32,000 nucleotides of DNA from Planctomycetota bacterium (GTDB taxonomy: Bacteria > Planctomycetota > Phycisphaerae > UBA1845). Of this stretch, positions 7,265 through 14,160 are shown one piece after another. A program made the position numbers and the translations under genes. The DNA is taken from positions 1-32,000 of the forward strand of contig JAUWWQ010000046.1 in NCBI GenBank assembly GCA_030616775.1, written 5' to 3'. The notes under the pieces were generated by a model. It was not told the DNA's origin, did no database searches, and saw nothing but the letters and a program-made list of their open reading frames with translations. Positions within the stretch are counted from its first letter, which is position 1. Every line of letters starts with the position of its first letter.

Positions 7265-9625
7265 CTAGGCTTTGTAGACTCTTACGCACACATCCGACAT
7301 CCGGGCGCCCGCAGACCAGTCGCCATTGTCGATACAGCTCTGTTCAGGCCGGTCCACGATGAGGACTCCGTCACCTTGGTCCGCGAAGGTGTTTGTGAGC
7401 CCGTCCATTGTGTGGCCGTAGTTGTGATTGGTAAGGACACAATCGGGCCTGATCCGTTCGGTGAGGACCGCCTGCACCTTCATCTTGCCGTTGGCGGATT
7501 CGATCCACACGGTGTCGCCGTCCGCGATGCCCAGATCGGCGGCGGTGTCCGGATGAATCTTGGCTACCGGCCCCGGGAAGGCGTCCAGAGAATACCGGTT
7601 GTCGGACGTAAGCGGTGCGCTGTGTTTCAGGCCAGCCCACCGCATTAGCAGCAGGTAAAGCGGGTATTCAGCATCTAAAGCTGTGGCCCGCGCGATCCAC
7701 GCGGGAAGCGGCCCGTAGCCCGCTGCCTCCATCTTCTCGCTGTAGATCTCGATCTTGCCGGAGGGCGTGCTGTAGTCGGACTTGGCGGTGTACGGGGCGT
7801 CTTCGGCCCACACGCCGTTTTCCACCGCGAGAACGTCATCCAGCGTCCAACCCTCCACGATGTCGCTCGCCATGGAGTTCTTCTCATCGGAGCTGGTGAC
7901 CCAATCACCACCGGCGAGCTTGAAGTAGTTCGTTCCACGCAGCTCATCGAGCTTCTTACCGAGAGTCATGGCGATGCCGGTCCAACCCTTGGTGTCACCC
8001 AACGGCTGGACGGCACGGTTCCCGGCCATAACAAGCTTCTGCCCTGGTGTGCAGAACTTGCGGTACGAGATGTAGTTGTTCTCGAGGAACATCGGCTGCG
8101 GCAGGACGAGATCGGCAAACCACATCGCCTCCTTGGGCATCGTGTCGGCGAAGACAACATAGTCGAGGGTGGACAGAGCCTCGGCAATCCTCGTTGGATT
8201 CGGGAATGAGAGGAGTCCGTACCTGTAGAGGATCGCCATTTTCAGCCGGTAGGGATCCTGGTCCAGAATCCTCTGCGCTAAGTTCGCGAAAATGCCCCTA
8301 TCCGTTGTGAGGTCCCTGACCAACGGGAAGTTGTGCTTGCCATCGATCGCCCCCTTCTCATCGATCAGCGTCTTGAGATCCTTGGGTGGATTCTCCTCAA
8401 AAGTCAGATGCGCTTTGGGTTTCCAGCCGAACGCCAGGCATGCGTCACCACCATCCCGATCGATGGCACCGACGAATGCGTTGAGGATCAGAGACGCGTG
8501 GGCGGTTTGGAAGCTATTAGCATAGTTCGGTCCGCCAGCGCCATCGCGTTTGTGGATCGGAATGATCGCGGGCTGGTTGGCCGGGTCCGTAAACTCCTCC
8601 GCCAGTCGTATAATCGTTGCGGCGGGCACCCCACATTGGCTTTCAGCCCACTCCGGTGTGTAGGCGGCAAAGTTGGCGCGGATGTCCGCCTCATGGTCGG
8701 CGAAGTTCGTTCTGGCCACGGCCGTCGCGTCATAGAGATCGTTCGTCAGTATGTGGTTTATCATGCCCAGCATCACGGCCAGGTCGGTGCCCGGCATGAT
8801 GGGGATCCACTCGTTAGCTTTCGCGCCGACGACCCCTTGCCACGGGTTCAGACACACGACTCTTGCGCCATTCATCCGCGCGTTGCTGAACTGGCCAGTG
8901 GGCTGGTTCTTGGACCGCTCGGGTTGATCCCAGCCAAAGCTGAGGATGTACTTGGCCCCGGCTAGGTTGGTCCACGGAAGGCTTCCGGTTAGCGCCTTTC
9001 TTGCTACGAATGACGTCGAGAAACATGTATCGTAGTGTGTTATGAGGTTGGGCGACCCGATGGCAGTCAAGAGTTTGGCACCCCAGTCGTACGCACCGTG
9101 CGTGATCAATGCAAACGCTTCGCCGTTGGCGAAGTCAGCAGCGCCTGGCGCCGACTCGGTCGCCGCGGTGATTTGCTCGATCATGGCGTCATACGCCTCG
9201 TCCCAAGTGATCTCCTCCCACTGCGGGTCCACACCGATGCCCTTTTCGGGATTGGTGCGGCGGAGCGGAACCATTAGTCGGTCCGGATTGTACAGAAACC
9301 CGAGAGCCGCTTTGCCTTTGGGGCAAAGATGGCCGTTGTTGAACGGATCGGCTGGGTTCCCCTCGACGTAGACGGCCTCGCCGTCCTTGACGTAGACCTG
9401 CATGCCGCAACGGATCATACAAATCCCGCAAGCGTTGTAGACCATGTCGTCATAAGCCAGCTTGGCGTTCAACGGCGGCTCGTAGCCGTCGGGTCCGGGC
9501 CCAGGTTGCGGACCGGGTCCAGGCCCGGGGTCTGGGGGTTGGAATCCGCAGCCCCCGACGGCGCCAAGCGTGAACGCGGCCGCCCCTGCGGTTTTAAGAA
9601 AATGTCTCCGGGTTTCGTCATCCAT
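7265..9625 (-). CDS. Molybdopterin (bis-MGD) oxidoreductase catalytic subunit, ArrA/PsrA-like, Tat-exported with a lipobox-like Cys
   Basis: Start chosen at ATG 9625, with GGAG 7 nt upstream; the ORF track start is 9667. Consensus Tat motif TRRHFLK. VGGC is followed by a PPDPGPGPGPQPGPGPDG linker. The N-terminal FeS motif is C-x2-C-x3-C-x27-C (CGICMIRC...HLCPKG). About 786 aa, typical of the DMSO reductase family. Confidence 0.9.
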   Translation of the reverse strand: MDDETRRHFLKTAGAAAFTLGAVGGCGFQPPDPGPGPGPQPGPGPDGYEPPLNAKLAYDDMVYNACGICMIRCGMQVYVKDGEAVYVEGNPADPFNNGHLCPKGKAALGFLYNPDRLMVPLRRTNPEKGIGVDPQWEEITWDEAYDAMIEQITAATESAPGAADFANGEAFALITHGAYDWGAKLLTAIGSPNLITHYDTCFSTSFVARKALTGSLPWTNLAGAKYILSFGWDQPERSKNQPTGQFSNARMNGARVVCLNPWQGVVGAKANEWIPIMPGTDLAVMLGMINHILTNDLYDATAVARTNFADHEADIRANFAAYTPEWAESQCGVPAATIIRLAEEFTDPANQPAIIPIHKRDGAGGPNYANSFQTAHASLILNAFVGAIDRDGGDACLAFGWKPKAHLTFEENPPKDLKTLIDEKGAIDGKHNFPLVRDLTTDRGIFANLAQRILDQDPYRLKMAILYRYGLLSFPNPTRIAEALSTLDYVVFADTMPKEAMWFADLVLPQPMFLENNYISYRKFCTPGQKLVMAGNRAVQPLGDTKGWTGIAMTLGKKLDELRGTNYFKLAGGDWVTSSDEKNSMASDIVEGWTLDDVLAVENGVWAEDAPYTAKSDYSTPSGKIEIYSEKMEAAGYGPLPAWIARATALDAEYPLYLLLMRWAGLKHSAPLTSDNRYSLDAFPGPVAKIHPDTAADLGIADGDTVWIESANGKMKVQAVLTERIRPDCVLTNHNYGHTMDGLTNTFADQGDGVLIVDRPEQSCIDNGDWSAGARMSDVCVRVYKA

Positions 9626-9757
9626 ATTCTTTCTCCGTGTCTCCTTGTGACAATAGGGCCCACGCATGCCAAGCTACGGCGTATCCCATCCTCGCCGAGG
9701 GTGCTCAGATTTCGCCGTGCCTACCGGTTCTTGTCCGGCGATGTTGGCCGCGCGCTT

Positions 9758-9773
9758 ATGGCAATAGTGCCAT
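9758..9773. promoter_or_regulatory. Palindromic operator-like site A (ATGGCAATAGTGCCAT) upstream of the oxidoreductase operon
   Basis: 16-bp ATGG-N8-CCAT palindrome located 133 nt upstream of the catalytic-subunit ATG and just downstream of a sigma70-like promoter on the minus strand. It matches the reverse complement of site B at 14/16 positions. Confidence 0.45.
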
Positions 9774-9785
9774 TAGCGAATTAGA

Positions 9786-9814
9786 CCATTAGACCAAAAA
9801 GCGATTGATGTCAA
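9786..9814 (-). promoter_or_regulatory. Sigma70-like promoter candidate for the oxidoreductase operon
   Basis: The minus strand reads TTGACA (9814-9809), N17, TAATGG (9791-9786). An alternative is TTGACA-N15-TCTAAT, using the GGTCTAAT GGTCTAAT tandem. Confidence 0.3.
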
Positions 9815-10256
9815 GATGACGGGTAGGAATAGCGTTATGCTTTTGAAAACATATTGCCTTGGCTCCGTGACACCGGTTTGTACCCGCTCGACCGGTGACC
9901 AAGTCGGCAAGTCGTAGCGTACCCGCCGCGGCGACGAAGGACCGGGCAAAGCGTCGAGCCAGGCGCGCCCGGGGAAGGTCACGCTCTTGTAACACCGCGG
10001 TCCACGGCACCTCGTCCATCTGGCCGGCTGTGGCGAGGCGTGAAAGGAAGTGTCTCCCCAGCTCACCGAGTCCCGGGGAGCAGGAAGAAGACGTATAACT
10101 TGTTTATTCGCAATGGCTTACGCGAATCAGCAATCTCGGTCGAGGTCACAATCTTGTGGCTCCACCGCCGTCGGCGCATGGCCATATCGCCCCTGGCGGC
10201 GGGCGTGGAGGGGAAAGAGTTCGGGACAGACCGAAGAAATGAAGTGAGCTGCGAGC

Positions 10257-10284
10257 TTGACGGCGTCTGAACTCATGGTAATAT
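10257..10284 (+). promoter_or_regulatory. Sigma70-like promoter candidate for arsR (short-leader or leaderless transcript)
   Basis: TTGACG (10257-10262), N16, TAATAT (10279-10284). The -10 element lies inside palindrome B, and the arsR ATG is at 10297. Confidence 0.45.
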
Positions 10285-10290
10285 TGCCAT
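10275..10290. promoter_or_regulatory. Palindromic operator-like site B (ATGGTAATATTGCCAT) overlapping the arsR -10 region
   Basis: 14/16 self-complementary. It ends 6 nt before the arsR start codon. Confidence 0.5.
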
Positions 10291-10296
10291 AGACGT

Positions 10297-10620
10297 ATGA
10301 AACGCAAGCCGATCCAACACTACGAGGCGCGAGCGGCGGTTGCCAAGGCCCTTGCCCACCCCAGCCGGCTATTGATGCTCGACGCGCTGGCAAAAAAGGA
10401 GATGTGCGTTTGCGACCTGACTGAGCTAGTCGGGGCCGATCAGTCGACCGTGTCGAAGCATCTCGCTGTGCTTAAACACGCAGGGATTGTCGATGTTCGA
10501 AGAGACGGAGTCATGACGTATTACAGGATGAAGATCCATTGCCTTGAAGGCTTTTGGAAGTGTGTTGAGTCCGTGCTCAGGCAGAACCTGAAGGATCAGA
10601 GCGCGGCGCTGGGCGTGTAA
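10297..10620 (+). CDS. arsR: ArsR/SmtB-family metalloregulatory transcriptional repressor
   Basis: 107 aa. Contains the HTH plus metal-site motif ..LAKKEMCVCDLTELVGADQSTVSKHLAVLKHAGIV.., including the canonical CVC As(III)-site triad region. Confidence 0.9.
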   Translation: MKRKPIQHYEARAAVAKALAHPSRLLMLDALAKKEMCVCDLTELVGADQSTVSKHLAVLKHAGIVDVRRDGVMTYYRMKIHCLEGFWKCVESVLRQNLKDQSAALGV

Positions 10621-10644
10621 GGATTCTCTCTTTTTCGTCAATGT

Positions 10645-10660
10645 ATGGTACAATGCCCAT
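10645..10660. promoter_or_regulatory. Palindromic operator-like site C (ATGGTACAATGCCCAT) upstream of the permease gene
   Basis: Same ATGGTA....CCAT frame as site B (12/16 identical). It contains a -10-like TACAAT and ends 6 nt before the ATG at 10667. Confidence 0.4.
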
Positions 10661-10666
10661 AAAGCA

Positions 10667-11995
10667 ATGAATGGCGGGGTCTCAGTCTCGATGAAACAGT
10701 GGAAGATATTTGCCGCGTTCGTAAGCATTTTCCTGATCGCTTACTACCTCCCGCTCGCCAACCTCAAGGTGACCGCGGCAATCCTCGAAGCGTTTAAGAT
10801 GCTCCAATGGTACGCCAGGAACCATACCTTGGCGTGTGTCGTTCCGGCGCTGTTCATTGCCGGAGGCATCATCACTTTCCTGTCAAAGGAGGCCGTCCTC
10901 CGGCACCTTGGCCCCAAGGCCAACAAGGTCGAGGCGTACTCGGTCGCCTCGGTATCCGGGACCGTTCTGGCGGTTTGCTCGTGCAGCGTGCTGCCGATGT
11001 TTGCGGGCATCTACCGGATTGGTGCGGGACTCGGTCCCGCGTCCGCCTTCCTCTACTCCGGGCCGGCGCTCAACATACTGGCGATCTTCCTCACTGCGCG
11101 CGTGCTGGGCTTTCAGATCGGCGTGGCCCGGGCGGTAGGTGCGATCGTCTTCGGCATCATCATTGGGCTCATCATGGCCGTCGTGTTCCGGAAGGATGAG
11201 GAGGTTCGCATGGAAGCAGCGGCCGCCACGCCCGAGCCGCCCCCCGCCCGGCGGTCCCTCTGGCAGACCGTCTTGTACTTCGCGTGCATGATGGCCTTTC
11301 TGATCTTCAGTGACTGGTACAACCCGGGCAACGTGGTCGTACACAGGACCGACGGCTCGGAGATTCCGGCTGTGCTGTTGCAGGAGACGAAGGACGAAGT
11401 GCTTGTGCAGGTGGATCGTCCCATCGCCGGTATGAAAGTCGGCGAGAAGATCGCGCTTGCCAAGATCGACATTGTCCGCATGGAGGAAGCGCAAAGCTGG
11501 GTAATGACGATCTATCACGCCAAGTGGTACCTGGCCGGTGCGATGGGCCTGGCGGTGCTCTTGATGGTGTGGCGGTGGTTCGATCGTGAGGAAGTTGCCG
11601 AATGGATGCACAACACCTGGGACTTCGCCAAGCTGCTGGTGCCCCTGCTGTTCGGCGGTGTGTTCATCGTGGGATTTCTTGGCGCCCTTCTGCCGGATAA
11701 GCAAGTGGCCGCACTTGTCGGTGACAACAGTCTCCAGTCAAACGTGATCGCCTCGGTTATCGGATGCCTGTTTTACTTTGCCACATTGACGGAGATTCCG
11801 ATTCTGCAAGCACTTTTTGAGCACGGGATGCATCAGGGACCGGCCTTGGCGCTGCTGCTGGCCGGTCCGGCCTTGTCATTACCCAGCCTGCTGGTAATTC
11901 GTTCGGTCATAGGTAACAAGAAGACAGCCGTGTTTACCGGTTTGGTCGTGGTGATGGCCACGATTGTCGGGATGATCTACGGTACAATTGCTTAG
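10667..11995 (+). CDS. ArsP-type (COG0701/DUF318) membrane permease with a central soluble insertion
   Basis: 442 aa and multi-TM. Motif GTVLAVCSCSVLPMF is typical of this permease family, and the C-terminal half has LAGPALSLPSLLVIRSV. The classic gene order ArsR, permease, mini-thioredoxin is present. Alternative start at 10691. Confidence 0.8.
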   Translation: MNGGVSVSMKQWKIFAAFVSIFLIAYYLPLANLKVTAAILEAFKMLQWYARNHTLACVVPALFIAGGIITFLSKEAVLRHLGPKANKVEAYSVASVSGTVLAVCSCSVLPMFAGIYRIGAGLGPASAFLYSGPALNILAIFLTARVLGFQIGVARAVGAIVFGIIIGLIMAVVFRKDEEVRMEAAAATPEPPPARRSLWQTVLYFACMMAFLIFSDWYNPGNVVVHRTDGSEIPAVLLQETKDEVLVQVDRPIAGMKVGEKIALAKIDIVRMEEAQSWVMTIYHAKWYLAGAMGLAVLLMVWRWFDREEVAEWMHNTWDFAKLLVPLLFGGVFIVGFLGALLPDKQVAALVGDNSLQSNVIASVIGCLFYFATLTEIPILQALFEHGMHQGPALALLLAGPALSLPSLLVIRSVIGNKKTAVFTGLVVVMATIVGMIYGTIA

Positions 11996-12006
11996 GGAGG
12001 TGCACG

Positions 12007-12267
12007 ATGAAGATCGAAGTTCTGGGACCAGGGTGCCCGAAGTGCCGGGCACTGGCGGCCGGCGTCAAGGCCGCAGCCGACCGGCTCGGTCTGGAGTACG
12101 AACTGAACAAGGTCACGAACATCATGGAGATCACCAAACACGGTGTCATGGTCACTCCGGCCCTGGTGATCGACGGCGAGGTCAAGCTATCCGGCAAGGT
12201 AGCCAGCGAGGCGGAGCTGACAACGATACTGACCGCCGCCCAGTCAAAGGAAGGCGGTAGCCAATAG
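12007..12267 (+). CDS. Small thioredoxin-fold protein (redox-active disulfide protein 2 type)
   Basis: 86 aa, MKIEVLGPGCPKCRAL..., with a CPKC active site and VMVTPALVIDGEV. GGGAGG lies 6 nt upstream of the ATG. Confidence 0.9.
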   Translation: MKIEVLGPGCPKCRALAAGVKAAADRLGLEYELNKVTNIMEITKHGVMVTPALVIDGEVKLSGKVASEAELTTILTAAQSKEGGSQ

Positions 12268-12482
12268 TCGTCGTCTTGACCCCGGAGGTGTCGCCGCCTT
12301 GGGCTGTTGAACTGCGTCTGGCAGGCGCCCGAATTAGCAGAGATTCCGGACTTCGTGCCCTTGCACGTGACAGGCCCGGGCACGCCAAAGGGAGAGACGA
12401 CTATGGTGACTGAGGTCTTGACACGGCCGACAGAGGGAGCCGGGGCGCTCCCGAATGTAAACGGGAAAGGAGACAAGAACCC

Positions 12483-13016
12483 ATGAAAGCCAAAACGATC
12501 GTATCAACGGTTCTGCTGCTCTTCGTTGCAGCGAGCGTGGCATACCTGGTGGTGAACGAGTCCCGGTCCCAGCCGGAGGCTGACCAGGGCGTTCAGAATG
12601 CCGGGGCAACGCAAACGACATCGCAGCAAGCTGTAGCGGAGTCGGCCGTCATTGCTGATGAGGCCAACGATACGGGACACAAACTGATAGCCTACTACTT
12701 CCACCGAACCCAGCGCTGCCGAACCTGCCTGGCGATGGAGGCATACGCTGAGGCAGGCCTGAGAGATGGGCTCCCCGATGCGTTCGAGTCGGGCGAGCTG
12801 GAATGGCGCGCAGTTAACGTCGAGGAGCCGGAGAATGAGCATTTCGTGGAGGAGTACGGGCTTACTGCGAGTGCGCTCGTGATGGTGTTGCTCGAGAACG
12901 GCGAGCAGAAGCAATCGAAGAACCTGGAGCGCGTCTGGGAACTCGCCCGCGACGAGTGGGGATTCAAGGATTATGTCCGCGACGAAGCGTTGACTTACTT
13001 GGAGGACGGTTCTTGA
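12483..13016 (+). CDS. Membrane-anchored thioredoxin-like CxxC protein (ArsF-family-like by recollection)
   Basis: 177 aa. N-terminal TM segment IVSTVLLLFVAASVAYLVV. The motif YYFHRTQRCRTCLAME (CxxC) sits in a thioredoxin-like context. It is followed 8 nt later by a DsbD-like permease gene. Confidence 0.65.
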   Translation: MKAKTIVSTVLLLFVAASVAYLVVNESRSQPEADQGVQNAGATQTTSQQAVAESAVIADEANDTGHKLIAYYFHRTQRCRTCLAMEAYAEAGLRDGLPDAFESGELEWRAVNVEEPENEHFVEEYGLTASALVMVLLENGEQKQSKNLERVWELARDEWGFKDYVRDEALTYLEDGS

Positions 13017-13024
13017 CAGGCGAG

Positions 13025-13705
13025 ATGGTTCTCGGGATGTCGTCCGCGGCCTGGCTCGGAATTCTGACTTCCATCAGCCCGTGTCCGCTGGCCACAAACA
13101 TCGCCGCGATCTCGTTTATCGGCAGGCGGGTCGGGAATCCGAAGGCCGTAGTCGCCACCGGGCTTCTGTATACCGCCGGGAGATCGCTGTCCTATGTTGT
13201 CCTGGCGATGATCCTTGTCACCAGCCTGCTGTCCGCGCCAACCGTATCCCATGTCCTGCAGAAGTACATGAACAAGCTTCTCGGGCCGATCCTCATCCTT
13301 GTGGGTATGCTTCTGCTGGAACTCATTCAGTTCAGAGTCCCGGGGATCGGTGTTAGCGAGAAGATGAGCAAACGGGTCGAAGGGTGGGGCATATGGGGAG
13401 GTCTGGTTCTCGGCGTGATATTTGCTCTGTCCTTCTGTCCCGCCTCGGCGGGTCTGTACTTCGGCAGCCTGATCCCGTTATCCGTCAAGTGCGAATCCAG
13501 CGTGCTGCTGCCTTTGCTGTTTGGGATCGGTACTGCACTCCCAGTGTTCGTTTTTGCAATTCTCATTGCGGTCGGAACTCAAGCGGTTGGCCGGGCATTT
13601 GAGAGGATAACTCAGTTCGAGTGGTGGGCCCGTCGGATCACCGGGACGATTTTCATCGTAATCGGCGTCTACTTCTGTCTGATGTTCATCTTCCGTGTGT
13701 TGTAA
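13025..13705 (+). CDS. DsbD/CcdA-fold transmembrane protein (ArsG-family-like efflux permease or thiol-disulfide transporter)
   Basis: Start chosen at ATG 13025; the ORF track start at 12956 overlaps the previous gene. Six predicted TM segments. Paired motifs SISPCPLATN and LSFCPASAG are typical of the DsbD/CcdA superfamily. Confidence 0.75.
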   Translation: MVLGMSSAAWLGILTSISPCPLATNIAAISFIGRRVGNPKAVVATGLLYTAGRSLSYVVLAMILVTSLLSAPTVSHVLQKYMNKLLGPILILVGMLLLELIQFRVPGIGVSEKMSKRVEGWGIWGGLVLGVIFALSFCPASAGLYFGSLIPLSVKCESSVLLPLLFGIGTALPVFVFAILIAVGTQAVGRAFERITQFEWWARRITGTIFIVIGVYFCLMFIFRVL

Positions 13706-13749
13706 TGATGGCGACACGCGCCCCCTGGCTGATCTCGGTTCCCTAACGG

Positions 13750-14049
13750 TTACTCGCAACACGTCGCGTCTGCGGAACAGTCACAGGTCGGCTCGCTGCC
13801 GCGCAACATCCCATTGAGCACTGCGGTCGCGCAGCCTACGCCGGACCGTACGGAAATGGCCTCGGTTATGCAGTTTAGAGCACAAGCCCCACATTCCATG
13901 CACGCGTCTCGGTCGGCAATCCGGGCCTTTTGGCTCTCAATGACCAGTACACCATGCGGACATACTTCCGTGCACACTCCGCAGCCGGTGCATTTTTCAC
14001 TATCCAAGATCAGTGTCACGACATTGGGGAGATAACGTAACCGTGTCAT
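13750..14049 (-). CDS. hgcB: Mercury methylation ferredoxin HgcB
   Basis: 99 aa, opening MTRLRYLPNVVTL. Two CX2CX2CX3C motifs (CTGCGVCTEVCP, CMECGACALNC). The conserved GVGCA cysteine and a C-terminal vicinal CC (..ATCCE) are present. GGGAGG lies 5 nt upstream of the ATG, and the gene is immediately downstream of hgcA. Confidence 0.9.
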   Translation of the reverse strand: MTRLRYLPNVVTLILDSEKCTGCGVCTEVCPHGVLVIESQKARIADRDACMECGACALNCITEAISVRSGVGCATAVLNGMLRGSEPTCDCSADATCCE

Positions 14050-14160
14050 TTGTGCCTCCCGGGTTGCAGGCCCTCATGCGCCGGGCGCCGTCGATCGTCT
14101 CTCTCACGTCGCTGCCGTGGGCGTTGCCTGCTCCGCATAACCGCTGTCCGTCGTCGCTGC

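Noticed and set aside
6504-7268. 254-aa plus-strand ORF
   Set aside because: It is antisense to the four-cluster Fe-S subunit gene and has no motifs.
7253-7289. Upstream extension of the Fe-S subunit ORF overlapping the catalytic subunit by 25 nt
   Set aside because: ATG 7253 has an AGGAG at ideal spacing and places the twin-arginine motif at the normal distance from the N-terminus.
7265-9667. Possible selenocysteine (TGA) recoding in the molybdoenzyme
   Set aside because: The ORF is uninterrupted for about 800 codons, so no in-frame TGA needs explaining.
10127-10393. 88-aa minus-strand ORF, including a 49-codon version starting inside palindrome B
   Set aside because: It overlaps the arsR 5' end and promoter. 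It has no SD and no recognisable fold, and the ATG is supplied by the palindrome itself.
10883-11704. 273-aa minus-strand ORF
   Set aside because: It is antisense to the ArsP-type permease and has a His/Arg/Gly/Pro-rich shadow composition.
12268-12482. 27-codon ORF (MVTEVLTRPTEGAGALPNVNGKGDKNP) and a short GGGAGC/GCTCCC hairpin in the 215-bp gap
   Set aside because: The ORF has no SD and is hydrophilic low-complexity, and the hairpin has only a 6-bp stem. The evidence is insufficient.
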